The notes beneath the pieces were generated by a model. It was not told where the DNA came from and searched no databases. It worked only from the letters and a program-made list of their open reading frames with translations. The translations under genes and the position numbers were made by a program. Shown piece after piece: positions 10,112-19,925 of a DNA stretch of 64,000 nucleotides. The DNA comes from a virus (lineage: Duplodnaviria > Caudoviricetes): positions 5,858-69,857 of IMG/VR virus record IMGVR_UViG_3300045526_000331, one strand, 5' to 3'. Every line of letters starts with the position of its first letter. Within the stretch, counting starts at the first letter, position 1.

Positions 10112-10459
10112 TTACGCCCTTCTAACCCTCAGTACGCTACCGGCTAGGTACATGCCCCCAATGGGAACAGGAGGAGTGGCAGCCGCAGCTTCAGAATCGT
10201 TGGCGAAATCCCTAATCCCGGTAAAGTCGATTCGGTTAAAGGGGATGGGAAGGGAGCCATTTACTGTTTTGCAGACTCCGTCCGAATCGACATAGTACAG
10301 TTCGGCTTTCGGCTCATTTAGAAACAGCTCTCCCCTCTTTGCCGAGCTATCGTCGTTATCGTACAGGTTCTGGAGGTATTCCTGGTCGTGGTCGGGGTTT
10401 GCGGTAAAGCGCACTCCCCAGCGGGGCATTGGGGTGAGGGGCATGGCGAATCTGGACAC
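10112..10459 (-). CDS. Hypothetical virion protein
   Basis: GELFLNEPKAELYYVD resembles tail-fibre N-terminal modules; late motif at 10471-10479. Confidence 0.7.
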   Translation of the reverse strand: MSRFAMPLTPMPRWGVRFTANPDHDQEYLQNLYDNDDSSAKRGELFLNEPKAELYYVDSDGVCKTVNGSLPIPFNRIDFTGIRDFANDSEAAAATPPVPIGGMYLAGSVLRVRRA

Positions 10460-10514
10460 TGCTCTATTTGGCTTTCAACTTTGCTAGAATGCCGCCCAAC
10501 CGAAGCCTTTCTCC

Positions 10515-11123
10515 ATGGATGTCATTATTTTTCTCGGACCGGACAGAGTGGGAAAATCCACTTTGATCTCTAACACTGCTTGTCATCTGAAACAGGCAGG
10601 ATATAGAGTAAATACCTTGCATTTTTCCGAGGTAAAGCCCTCCCATCACTCCCCCATTGACCAATACATCAATAGCATGGGGAAAGACTTTGACACCTCA
10701 GTCGATTACCTGCTTATTGACAGGTTTGTACCAGACACCCTGTTCTACGAGAGGAACAGAGCTAATTTCCCCAAGATTGATGAGTCCTGGGCAAAGACCG
10801 CCGAGTCCATTTTGCTGGGGAAACTCCCTGAGGGTAGCAGAGTGTACGTAGTCCATCTTTGCATGGATTGGACAGAGGACATAGCCAAACGTCACAGGGA
10901 GGAAGTTAAGCTACTTTATCCTGATTGCACAGAGTACTGGATTGGTATCAATCTAGAGAAGAGAAAAACAGAGCATATAATGTACGATCGTTTTGTCTCA
11001 GAATACTTTAGGGGTGAAGCCTCTACCACAGGGCTGAAAGAATACCGTGTAGTATCTAGACCATTTGCCCATAAAAAAACCGTATTTGATGTGACCAACA
11101 TCCCAGTCAAAGACCTGAATTAG
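10515..11123 (+). CDS. Thymidylate-kinase-like P-loop nucleotide kinase
   Basis: GPDRVGKST P-loop and IDRF motif; TGCTAGAAT at 10482-10490. Confidence 0.75.
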   Translation: MDVIIFLGPDRVGKSTLISNTACHLKQAGYRVNTLHFSEVKPSHHSPIDQYINSMGKDFDTSVDYLLIDRFVPDTLFYERNRANFPKIDESWAKTAESILLGKLPEGSRVYVVHLCMDWTEDIAKRHREEVKLLYPDCTEYWIGINLEKRKTEHIMYDRFVSEYFRGEASTTGLKEYRVVSRPFAHKKTVFDVTNIPVKDLN

Positions 11124-11185
11124 GTGAAAGCAGGATAAGGAGTGAGGCTAAGCCTTGACCCATCAGACTTTTCCAACTCCTTCCA

Positions 11186-11216
11186 GCGGGCAGACCCCAA
11201 ACTCTGCCCGCTTTTT
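11186..11216 (+). terminator. Intrinsic terminator-like hairpin 20 nt upstream of phoH
   Basis: gcgggcag / ctgcccgc stem followed by TTTTT. Confidence 0.6.
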
Positions 11217-11235
11217 CTGTACCTAATCACTTACT

Positions 11236-11982
11236 ATGGCCAAGGGTAGAACCAGGAGAGATAAGATGACCATCGTACCTGGGTACGATGAAATGGCTTA
11301 TGGGCTCCCTATGCCCCGAGAGGATAACTCCATTCGGAATATCCAGCCAATGAACGAAAATCAGAAAAGAGCCCTTGATTACCTCAGACAAAAAACACTG
11401 ACCATTCTCACTGGCCCTCCAGGTACAGCAAAGACCCTCCTGTCTATCTTTGTAGCTTGTGAAAAACTCCAGAGAAGGGAAATTGACAGGATTTACTATG
11501 TCAAACCTATTGTGGATGTCCCCGGGGAAAGGGGCATTGGGTTTTTGCCCGGCAAAGAAGACGAAAAGTTAGCTCCTCACATTGCCTCGTTGAGGGATGC
11601 CCTGTCCGTATTCATGGCTAAGGGCAAGGCCGATTATCTTGTTGACAAAAAGATCATTGAGTTTTTGCCAATCGACCATTTGAGGGGCAGATCTCTCCAC
11701 CGCTGCATGATCATCGCCGATGAGATGCAAAATGCCACGGCACACTCTGTGCTAACTGTACTGACCAGACTGGGAGAGTCCTCCTACATCTCACTGGTGG
11801 GTGACACAGTTCAACGGGACTTGTCTGATAGATACGGAAAGGACGGATTGACCGATGCAAGCTCAAGGTTGAAGAACTTGACTGAACATGTCGGGCATGT
11901 TCAGTTCAGGGTTGATGACATTGTCCGGTCAGGGTTTGTCAAGTCTGTGATTCAGTCGTACTTTGATCTTTACGAACAGTAG
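11236..11982 (+). CDS. phoH: PhoH family ATPase
   Basis: GPPGTAKT, GFLPG, LRGRS, IIADEMQN, GDTVQRDL, DDIVRSGFV. Confidence 0.95.
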   Translation: MAKGRTRRDKMTIVPGYDEMAYGLPMPREDNSIRNIQPMNENQKRALDYLRQKTLTILTGPPGTAKTLLSIFVACEKLQRREIDRIYYVKPIVDVPGERGIGFLPGKEDEKLAPHIASLRDALSVFMAKGKADYLVDKKIIEFLPIDHLRGRSLHRCMIIADEMQNATAHSVLTVLTRLGESSYISLVGDTVQRDLSDRYGKDGLTDASSRLKNLTEHVGHVQFRVDDIVRSGFVKSVIQSYFDLYEQ

Positions 11983-12193
11983 TCCTTCTCTGGGTAAACG
12001 AAGTAGAAGCACTGGTAATGCTTGAGGGGAAGAAGAGTCCGGCCGCGAACATCCAACGCTCCACGCAGGCATTGGGGTCCGGCTGGCTCTTTGTCCAGTT
12101 TGGCAACTCGCAATTAGCAATGAAAGCCGCACAGAAAATTGCCTCGAAAAGGAGGAAGGTAATCCCCTCCAAAGAGGGTTTTGTCTTATTCAT
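11939..12193 (-). CDS. Small membrane-associated late protein (possibly lysis-related)
   Basis: Two hydrophobic segments; late motif at 12215-12223. Confidence 0.6.
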   Translation of the reverse strand: MNKTKPSLEGITFLLFEAIFCAAFIANCELPNWTKSQPDPNACVERWMFAAGLFFPSSITSASTSFTQRRTTVRKDQSTTESQT

Positions 12194-12275
12194 TTGTGTA
12201 CCGGTCTATATAGGGCTTTCAACTTTCTCATTTTGGCCCCTGTGCGGTTAAAGCTGAGAGTAGACTACTCCCCCT

Positions 12276-12440
12276 ATGGACAGAGAAAATTTCGCCAAAC
12301 TGATTGACGCCTATGCGGATGCCAAGTTATCCAAAAACCAACACCTAATCGGTGTCATGGTCTCCCAGATCAAACAAGCACTGGATCTGGTTTTCCCTGA
12401 GCCCAAGGAAAGTGAAGAGACCGAGGATGGAAAGTTCTGA
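12276..12440 (+). CDS. 54-aa hypothetical protein (below track cutoff)
   Basis: MDRENFAKLIDAYADAKLSKNQHLIGVMVSQIKQALDLVFPEPKESEETEDGKF; overlaps the next ATG. Confidence 0.7.
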   Translation: MDRENFAKLIDAYADAKLSKNQHLIGVMVSQIKQALDLVFPEPKESEETEDGKF

Positions 12441-12768
12441 GGTCTTACCCTCGATCTACGTCCTCAGGAAGGCCAAGGACCCCCTCCCCAATCAGTCAGA
12501 TACCAGGGCGGGGGACGTGGTCATAATGCACAGCGGGGACATCATGGTCAATGACGGAGGAATGTGGTACTTGCTCCCGGGTAGGTACCTGGAACCCGAA
12601 CAACTCAAGTTGTTCATCCGCTATGTGGCCTCAGGATGGCCATCTGATCCCTCCCTGGTAGAGGGTGATATGGCAGACCTGAAGGACAAGAGGTTCCTCT
12701 CGGAGATGATCAAGGTAGCGGAGAAGATTTGCCAGAGGAATCAGGCATCTCCCACCCTCGCTCCGTAG
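12427..12768 (+). CDS. Hypothetical protein (probable start MESSEVL)
   Basis: ATG overlaps the end of the preceding small ORF; track ORF is 12352..12768. Confidence 0.65.
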   Translation: MESSEVLPSIYVLRKAKDPLPNQSDTRAGDVVIMHSGDIMVNDGGMWYLLPGRYLEPEQLKLFIRYVASGWPSDPSLVEGDMADLKDKRFLSEMIKVAEKICQRNQASPTLAP

Positions 12769-14834
12769 ATCGTACTGCCCACTTTCCACATAACAATCAC
12801 CGCAAATCCCCCCGTGCTGCTATTCAGTGTGGGGGAATTTCCTTTTTCTGTCTTCCAAGAGACGGAGAACCCCGTCCAGTTGATGGAGTTGAGGTCGGAT
12901 GTGCGGCTTACTAGGAGGGTAATGGACTGTCCGGAGCCCCAACTGGCTTGTACAGGGGCCCGGTTGGCACCGGTCAGGGTAAGGACCTGAATCGGGCCGT
13001 TGTTAGGGTTGAGGGTAAAAGTGTTGTTGACAGTGTCTTCGGTTATGGTAAATGTTGACTCGGTATAGTTGTTGAAGGTCTTGTTGGATATGTTTTGGGT
13101 GTCAGTAGTGCCTAGAATGTCCCCGGTAGGAGAGTTACGCCAAGTGGTTTGATAGTTTACATTGGAAGACTTTACCAAAATTTGACCGGTAGTACCACCG
13201 GTAGGTAGGCCCAGTCCGGGGTCCCCTTGGTCTCCCTTGTCCCCCTTCAGGGCCGAAAGAGCTATGAGGTCTGTCCAAGTAAGGTCACTCGGGTACTTCC
13301 ACTGGATATGGGTGCTATTGACCTGAAGCTGGATAGACTCCCCTTGGTCACCCTTTGGGCCTGTAATATCTGCTAGGGGGACCAGATCAATCCAGTCAAC
13401 ATCCCCCTCATATCTCCACTGGATATGGGTGGCGCTCAATCCAAATTCGACGTTCTTCCCAGGATCGCCCTTAACCGTCCCGATATTAACCCACAACCCT
13501 CCATCCCAAACATACAAACTCCCGTTTTCATTTACGAAATAACAGTCTCCGATTTGGGGAGATACTATGTCATCAAGATGGGTAATTAATTCGACAGACC
13601 CTTTGATTGTAAAACTCGTACCATTATCTCCCGAAGGGCCTGTGATTTCATTGATGGGGATGAGGTCAATCCAGTCGGGATCTCCTACATACCTCCATTG
13701 CACATAATAGTCTGTTTTTCTAAGCTCGACTTCTCTACCAGGTTCTCCAATAACGTCAACAGATTTCGCTTCCCATCTCTCTGTCGTACCATTGTACGAA
13801 AGCAGATCTCCGTCTACTACAGAGCCATTGGCATCAACATCGTGAAGGTCTGCCAATCTGCTTCCTGTATCCCACCTGACCATTATTGTCCCATTGTTAG
13901 CCGCATGAATAACCGCAGCGACAGGGAGTTTTAGGTTGGGTGCGCTGGGTTCTGTGGCTGTAAATCCCCCGGGGTTTGCCGGATCGCACCAGAGGATGTT
14001 TCCGTCTGCGTAGGTGGAAGTATTGACCCCCTTGATCTTGCCAAACGTGGTTACATATCCATCCTCGCCTACCCCGATGGATTGGCAAGTCACACCGAGA
14101 AAGACATAGCCAGGGTAGGTAGAATCGGCCACCATCGGCTTGATTTTGATCCTACCGGAGTTCCCTACAGTTCCAGAGAACATGACCGCCTTGCCCTTAG
14201 GGATAGTCACCCCAGCGTCATTTCTACAAAGGAGTTGTATGCTTTGACCAAGGTGATTGATTATGCCCCCGGACAGGGCGAGGTCTACTGTTGCCTCATC
14301 AGCGTTCCAGCCAAATTCCCCCGGAAGAGTAGGTGCTACCTCGCCCACCTGAATTGTGGAATCCAGGGTGGTCTTACCTGTAACTGCCAGGGTACCGGGG
14401 ATGTCAATGTTACTAGCCCATTCCGCAGAAGTGCCAGCGGAGTTTACCTGAAGTAGCTGACGGGGGGTGCCAAATGCAAGTTTGCCTACAGCTACTTGTG
14501 ATAGTTCTACGGCCAGGGTTACATTACCTGACAGATCAGTAGAGACATTCCCTGTCACCGCACCCGTAACTGTAAAGACCCGGGCAGACTTAAGCTGATC
14601 TGAAGAAAGAACTGATACGGACTGAGTTAAATGGTCTATTTCAAAGTAATCCGGATTGAGTTCGTATGATCGCTGCAGATTAGCCTCATCCCCTACGAAG
14701 GTATGGCCTTCCTCCAGAAAGTTTAGATCCAGTTCCCTTTTGTCCCTGAGAATCCTGTTGATCTCATCCTTGGTATAGTAGTCGCTAATACTCCCAAGGT
14801 TAGGAGTACAGGATTTTCCGTAAATATTTGACAC
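12741..14834 (-). CDS. Tail fibre-like protein with collagen-like triplets
   Basis: GPKGDQGE and GDKGDQGDPG repeats; repeated IQWRY..W.DL modules; late motif at 14861-14869. Confidence 0.8.
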   Translation of the reverse strand: MSNIYGKSCTPNLGSISDYYTKDEINRILRDKRELDLNFLEEGHTFVGDEANLQRSYELNPDYFEIDHLTQSVSVLSSDQLKSARVFTVTGAVTGNVSTDLSGNVTLAVELSQVAVGKLAFGTPRQLLQVNSAGTSAEWASNIDIPGTLAVTGKTTLDSTIQVGEVAPTLPGEFGWNADEATVDLALSGGIINHLGQSIQLLCRNDAGVTIPKGKAVMFSGTVGNSGRIKIKPMVADSTYPGYVFLGVTCQSIGVGEDGYVTTFGKIKGVNTSTYADGNILWCDPANPGGFTATEPSAPNLKLPVAAVIHAANNGTIMVRWDTGSRLADLHDVDANGSVVDGDLLSYNGTTERWEAKSVDVIGEPGREVELRKTDYYVQWRYVGDPDWIDLIPINEITGPSGDNGTSFTIKGSVELITHLDDIVSPQIGDCYFVNENGSLYVWDGGLWVNIGTVKGDPGKNVEFGLSATHIQWRYEGDVDWIDLVPLADITGPKGDQGESIQLQVNSTHIQWKYPSDLTWTDLIALSALKGDKGDQGDPGLGLPTGGTTGQILVKSSNVNYQTTWRNSPTGDILGTTDTQNISNKTFNNYTESTFTITEDTVNNTFTLNPNNGPIQVLTLTGANRAPVQASWGSGQSITLLVSRTSDLNSINWTGFSVSWKTEKGNSPTLNSSTGGFAVIVMWKVGSTIYGARVGDA

Positions 14835-14876
14835 GGCAATGGGGGATGGTCTTCTAAACTGCTTTCAACGACTGCC

Positions 14877-15749
14877 TTAGGTTGAGATAGTGTTTGAAGT
14901 CTTTGTGTTTCCGTACTTATCCGATACAACAGCACGGAAAATTCGGGGGGATGGAGGAGGACTTGCGGAGACCGCCGGAAAATCTTCCCAGCTAATCCCA
15001 TTATCCGCAGAGACCTGGAAAGTAGTCAGGTATGTGGAAAACCTAGAGCTACCCCCAGAAACAGCGAGAATAAAGTCTCCGTCCTCCACATAGGAGAACA
15101 AAGTTCCTGCTTTGGGGTAGGCAATATACTCCTCGTCAGCTATGGGAACACAGGCAATATCTCCGGCCTTGCTTAGAAGGACTGGTTGGGTACGGAAATT
15201 GCCGCAGGTGAATGACTTAGCACACCTATTTTCCTCCCCATTACGCAAACAATATAGCAACTTCCACTTCTGACTGTCTGGCACCTCCCGTGCTTCAGAC
15301 TCAGTCAGAGAGAATGAACCTAGGGATTCGTAGACGCAGGTGTGATCGCCGCAATTTGTATTACGGAGCCTGCGATCACCAACTACATAGCTACCTGCAG
15401 AAATTAAGCCGTAGTTCGAGATGGTCAGACCGTCTTTACCCGTAGGACTGATAGAGCAAATACTGTCCCAGAGAGACAGATTAAATACTCCGGCAGGAGA
15501 TACAATGTCTTCTTTTGCCTCATAGACATCATATCTGTCCCCAAAAGATGACAGAACTATTACCCTGTTCCCCACCCCATAGCCTACTTTTGGGTCATAT
15601 AGGCCGTACTGAGTAATGGCCTCCAGGGCTGCCATTCCGCAAGTATTCACTTGAGCAGAACTGCAAGAATAAGAGCGTAGGCTGGGGGACTCCAAGGACT
15701 CCGATTGGAGAGGAGTTAAGCACCCCCCAGCATACACTCTGGCTGCCAT
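14877..15749 (-). CDS. Cys-rich hypothetical virion protein
   Basis: 290-aa ORF directly downstream of the tail tube gene. Confidence 0.7.
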   Translation of the reverse strand: MAARVYAGGCLTPLQSESLESPSLRSYSCSSAQVNTCGMAALEAITQYGLYDPKVGYGVGNRVIVLSSFGDRYDVYEAKEDIVSPAGVFNLSLWDSICSISPTGKDGLTISNYGLISAGSYVVGDRRLRNTNCGDHTCVYESLGSFSLTESEAREVPDSQKWKLLYCLRNGEENRCAKSFTCGNFRTQPVLLSKAGDIACVPIADEEYIAYPKAGTLFSYVEDGDFILAVSGGSSRFSTYLTTFQVSADNGISWEDFPAVSASPPPSPRIFRAVVSDKYGNTKTSNTIST

Positions 15750-15769
15750 GTTCCCTACCCCTTCTTCTC

Positions 15770-16198
15770 TTAGTTGAAGGTGAAGTTGTCCATAACAAAG
15801 GTCATTTCAATCGTGCTAGGGGTTCCGCTAGTACGGTCGACTTGGCCAAAGTTAAGGGCGGTGAACTGAGCGTCGGGGATGATGATCTGGCGTGAGCCTA
15901 GGCGCTGAGGATCTTCGCCGCAAGTGACCGGGGTAATGGACACTGTGACGAACTCGCAACCATGGGACTTCCAAAAGTCCACCATGTCATAGTGGACAGT
16001 CGGGTCGAAGGGGGTGCTGATGGTGGCTTCCTGCAGAGTCTTAACGCCCTTGAGCTGATAGACTCGCTGACGAACGCCGTCAGCATATTGCGAGGTGGCA
16101 GCAGTGTCACGAATACCTGAGAAAGACACAAAGTAGTGATTCCAGGCTGAACACTGCACCCAGTATTGAGATTGAGTAGAGGGGCGGATCTGTAGCAT
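15770..16198 (-). CDS. Tail tube protein (probable)
   Basis: 142 aa, beta-rich, FSGIRDTAAT...DRTSG...IEMTF; late motif at 16239-16247; sheath present in window. Confidence 0.7.
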   Translation of the reverse strand: MLQIRPSTQSQYWVQCSAWNHYFVSFSGIRDTAATSQYADGVRQRVYQLKGVKTLQEATISTPFDPTVHYDMVDFWKSHGCEFVTVSITPVTCGEDPQRLGSRQIIIPDAQFTALNFGQVDRTSGTPSTIEMTFVMDNFTFN

Positions 16199-16264
16199 GA
16201 CAGAAGGGTCTGTATGATTACGGGCTAATGCCTAAAAGGCTTTCAACACCCCACCAGAGCAGAT

Positions 16265-16276
16265 CCGTGCTACACT
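16265..16276 (+). promoter_or_regulatory. Extended -10 CCGTGCTACACT upstream of clpS
   Basis: Matches the recurrent motif; 23 nt before ATG. Confidence 0.65.
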
Positions 16277-16299
16277 TGCTCAGACCCTAGGCACGACCC

Positions 16300-16590
16300 A
16301 TGTCAGCCTCTACCACGCTCGACCGTCAAACCTCCTCCGAAGTCAAAAGGAAGCCCTCTCCACGGTACAAAGTACTGCTTCATGACGACCCTGTCAATAC
16401 TATTGAATTTGTCATTGTCACCATTATGAAAGTAATGGGGTATGGCCAAGAGCGAGCTACCCAAATTACCCTGGAGGTTCACAACTCCGGATCATCAGTG
16501 GTTACAGTATGCGACATTGAACCCGCTGAGCATTACTGTGAGTGTTTTAAGTCCAAAGGACTTACTTCCTCCATCGAGGAGGACAAGTAG
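16300..16590 (+). CDS. clpS: ATP-dependent Clp protease adaptor ClpS, cyanobacterial type
   Basis: PRYKVLLHDDPVNTIEFV...EVHNSGSSVVTVCDIEPAEHY..GLTSSIE. Confidence 0.93.
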   Translation: MSASTTLDRQTSSEVKRKPSPRYKVLLHDDPVNTIEFVIVTIMKVMGYGQERATQITLEVHNSGSSVVTVCDIEPAEHYCECFKSKGLTSSIEEDK

Positions 16591-16593
16591 GGG

Positions 16594-18522
16594 TTACATG
16601 TAGTACGGGGCAAAGTAGGACCAGTATCCAGACTTTTCCGTATCCAAAACCACACACTCGTTGTGTACAGCGAACCGATTCAGCCTGTATGCCCTGTTGT
16701 ACAGGCTGATAAGTTCATTGACATCTTCCTGGCCAAAGCTTTCTCCGGCCAGGGCCATGTTCTCATACTTAACCAGATCGGCTCTGATAGACCCGGCAAG
16801 ACCACAATACTCCTTGCACAGTCGGGGGAGGATTTTAACCTGTTCTGTCAGACGTTTAGTCACGTAGATGATGTCTCCAGGGGAGGTGTACTCATCTATA
16901 ATGATCCGGGCAGTCTCAGCTTCATTGTTGCTAATGCCCGTAGCAATTCTCTCCCAGCCAATCTCATCCATCGGCCCGCTGTTAAACCTTTCAGAGATTG
17001 CCTTGGCAACCTTATCCCTCGTAGTCTCATCCTTAAGGTCTCCAGATTCGTCAAACTCTGAGAAGTCAAGGTTCTCCGCAGAGATCGAACTGACCTTGGA
17101 GAGCATTTTGCCAATAGTGCTCTCTCCTACCACAGACTCAGAGGCATTTGCCGTCTGGGTATTCTCCGACATTCCTGGCATCATCATCTCAGACGGATCA
17201 GCTTTCTCCAGGGACGGGATTTCCAGTTTGTCTCTCAGCCAGTCAAGATCGCTGACCTTGTACCCCAGGGCCTGAAGCTGACTCATAATCTGAACAACCC
17301 TGACCGGATCCTCTCTCTGCTCCAGGTCTTCAAAGTTGCGTCGGAGTCTGGGAATAGACGCTCCGGGGTAATTAAGCTCTACGATCCAACGAACCAGGGT
17401 GGCGTTCAGGGTCTTGTCAAGATTGTCACTGAAGGCCTTGGCCTTTCTCATCCTGACGCTATCTGCCACTGAGTCCCTGGCGTATGACCCTGTAGAGCCG
17501 GTATCCTGACCTACAGTAGACTCCCCATTGATCAGGAATGAGATCTGCTGATCGACGTAGCTGATTAGGTTGTCGTAAATCTCCGGTCTGCCAGCTCCTC
17601 CCTCCAGCCAGCTCACGTTCATCTCATCGGGTATGACAATGGCGGTCTCCTGGCCCAATCTTTGTAGGGCTGAGAATAGAGATTGAACCTCTTCATCCGG
17701 GGTCCCCAGACTGAATTTTCCTACGGCAGTTGGCGTAGTGTGCTTGTCAGCGTACTGGAGCCAGAAGGAAAGGAGTGTTCTTCTAAACTCAACTAGGCTA
17801 TAGAGTTGTCTGCCCAGACCTGACCCGTAGGGGTCCATGGTGCTGCTATAGGCCCAGTGCCTATGGATGACCATGGATCTCATCGGTAGAGGTAGACCCT
17901 CTACCGGGGATTGAACGGTGATTACGTGGGGGCTAATAGTACCATCGTCGTTCAAAATGAATTGAAACCGACGCGGGTCTCTGATCTTAATCTCAGAAGG
18001 TACGACGTAGGAGCCCTGCCTCATCCAGCAGATCTCCCCAATGCTAATCCCCAGGATCAGACTTTCGCACATCCCTCGCACAAAGGAGTCAAAACCGGAG
18101 TTGGATGAGGCAACCATGTCACGACCTCTACTCTGACGTGTGTTCGTACCCATGTGGTAAATGGTCTGACGAACAAACTCAGCTACCTCCTCATCCCTGT
18201 CGGAGTTGGATGCCGGGAATACTTCCCACTTCCTTTGTATGATCTCTCCTACAAGTTTTTCCCAGGCTGAGATTACCGCACTGTCATTGAAGAGGCGGGT
18301 GTAGTGCTCAATGGCGCGAGCACCACCACCACCCTCTTCGATTAGGATGTCATCCCTTCGAGGGAGGATAGTGCCAGCAATAGCACTTGGAATCCCTCCC
18401 CAAGTATAGGGGTCTGACTTGTACCCTGCTAGTGAGCCTTGGCTTACCCCTAAGCCGTAAAGACGGTCATTGTAACCAGTCTTAACAATACGTTTCTGGG
18501 ACTTTTCCGCCATCAGCAGCAC
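16594..18522 (-). CDS. Portal protein, Mu gp29/DUF935-like (probable ATG at 18513)
   Basis: PYGSGLGRQLY, WLQYADKH..P..VGKF, GSYARDSV, LVRWIVELNY; late motif at 18534-18542. Confidence 0.85.
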   Translation of the reverse strand: MLLMAEKSQKRIVKTGYNDRLYGLGVSQGSLAGYKSDPYTWGGIPSAIAGTILPRRDDILIEEGGGGARAIEHYTRLFNDSAVISAWEKLVGEIIQRKWEVFPASNSDRDEEVAEFVRQTIYHMGTNTRQSRGRDMVASSNSGFDSFVRGMCESLILGISIGEICWMRQGSYVVPSEIKIRDPRRFQFILNDDGTISPHVITVQSPVEGLPLPMRSMVIHRHWAYSSTMDPYGSGLGRQLYSLVEFRRTLLSFWLQYADKHTTPTAVGKFSLGTPDEEVQSLFSALQRLGQETAIVIPDEMNVSWLEGGAGRPEIYDNLISYVDQQISFLINGESTVGQDTGSTGSYARDSVADSVRMRKAKAFSDNLDKTLNATLVRWIVELNYPGASIPRLRRNFEDLEQREDPVRVVQIMSQLQALGYKVSDLDWLRDKLEIPSLEKADPSEMMMPGMSENTQTANASESVVGESTIGKMLSKVSSISAENLDFSEFDESGDLKDETTRDKVAKAISERFNSGPMDEIGWERIATGISNNEAETARIIIDEYTSPGDIIYVTKRLTEQVKILPRLCKEYCGLAGSIRADLVKYENMALAGESFGQEDVNELISLYNRAYRLNRFAVHNECVVLDTEKSGYWSYFAPYYM

Positions 18523-18797
18523 TATTCTCTAGTGCTTTCAACGGATTCTGAAGATTTAAAGACCACATCCAGGTCCATGATGCTGTTGTAGAGGTCTTCC
18601 CTGCTGAGTTCCCCCCTCTCATACATGTCAATGACCTCTTCCGCCCCTTCAACATACACCCCGTGCTTTGAGTCGGTCAGGATATTGATTCCTCCCATGC
18701 TTTCTGCTGCGTCTTCACTCGGAGTTCCAGACTTCTTAAATCCTTTAGCCATTTTTCCTGGTAGGTAGGTAGGTATTGAAGCCAGCTCTGTGACCAC
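18522..18797 (-). CDS. Small hypothetical protein (true start may be internal)
   Basis: AEEVIDMYERGELSREDLY segment. Confidence 0.6.
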   Translation of the reverse strand: MVTELASIPTYLPGKMAKGFKKSGTPSEDAAESMGGINILTDSKHGVYVEGAEEVIDMYERGELSREDLYNSIMDLDVVFKSSESVESTRE

Positions 18798-19453
18798 TTA
18801 CTGACCACTTTGACTTCGGGGGGCTGGTTCTTTTTGAACCGTTCCCTTAACAAATATACAGCAGTCTGGGTGAAATTGCCACCCTTTGTGCTGTACTCTT
18901 GGTTAAAGTCATCCGGATCGATGTCCGGATAGGCCCTATGGAAGGCCTTGAAGAGCGGGGAGTTGATTATTTTTGATCTTTCCCTCTCTTCAATCTCTTC
19001 CTTAATTGCTTTCATCTCGTCTTCTACCAGGCATCCTTCCCAGTCCGGTATCCTGTCTATACACCGTAGTATTTCCTCCAGACCATTGCTCTTTTGCAAG
19101 TGACGGAATTCTTGCCTCAGAGCTTCTACCGCTTTCTCATAGTCATTGGCCGTAGGCCACCTCACAGACCTTTTACCGCACCAGGAAATGTGAAGAAGAG
19201 TGGCGTAAAGATCACTTTCTCCTATCTCTTTCGCCCTCTGAACCGCACCCCTCTTCACCCTGGTGCGCGAGATGTTACCCTTGCTGGAGTCTGCACAAGC
19301 ACCGTTAGAGGTCTCTAGGTTAAACTCATCATCATCTTCACTTTTTAGATTTAGTTGAAGCCTCAGTAGTTCTTTTTCGTGTCTGTGCCTCTCCAGGGTT
19401 TTCCACCTGTCGTGGTCGATCCACATTACCAGGAGTTCCTTCAGCAGGGGCAT
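18677..19453 (-). CDS. Hypothetical protein
   Basis: 258-aa charged ORF; probable start MWIDHDRW. Confidence 0.65.
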   Translation of the reverse strand: MPLLKELLVMWIDHDRWKTLERHRHEKELLRLQLNLKSEDDDEFNLETSNGACADSSKGNISRTRVKRGAVQRAKEIGESDLYATLLHISWCGKRSVRWPTANDYEKAVEALRQEFRHLQKSNGLEEILRCIDRIPDWEGCLVEDEMKAIKEEIEERERSKIINSPLFKAFHRAYPDIDPDDFNQEYSTKGGNFTQTAVYLLRERFKKNQPPEVKVVSKWSQSWLQYLPTYQEKWLKDLRSLELRVKTQQKAWEESIS

Positions 19454-19856
19454 TTTTGGAAATCTGTCTACAAATCCCGACGATGTCCCTGTAGGTCCAG
19501 GAGTGGGTGACCTGGGAGAGTACAGAGGAGGGCAGACGTTGAGAGTCTACACCAGAAAAGAGGATGGAGTTAAGCTCCCTCTCGATGGAGTCCCCGGGCA
19601 AGTCATACAATAGCACAGGAATCCCCTGCGCCATGGCCGCGAACAGGGCTGAGAGGAGGTGGAGGCTGTACCCGCAGAAGATCGCCAGGGAGTAGCTCTG
19701 GAGGGCCTCAGGAGGGGCTGAGGCCCTGTCCGCGCAGAGTTCGACCACGTCAAGTCCTTCGACCGAGCCGAGTTCGGAGAGAAGGATGGACTTTAGGGTA
19801 GACATGTCCTTGTCTTCCAAAACCTTTTCGTCGTAAAAAATGGCGATTTTGACCAT
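19338..19856 (-). CDS. Hypothetical alpha/beta protein
   Basis: 172-aa ORF; GTTGAAGGC variant at 19878-19886. Confidence 0.65.
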   Translation of the reverse strand: MVKIAIFYDEKVLEDKDMSTLKSILLSELGSVEGLDVVELCADRASAPPEALQSYSLAIFCGYSLHLLSALFAAMAQGIPVLLYDLPGDSIERELNSILFSGVDSQRLPSSVLSQVTHSWTYRDIVGICRQISKNAPAEGTPGNVDRPRQVENPGEAQTRKRTTEASTKSKK

Positions 19857-19925
19857 GGGTGGTATGGGGGATACTGTGCCTTCAACTCCTTTCCGTTGAA
19901 ATGATAAGTAGGGGCAGATCTTTTT

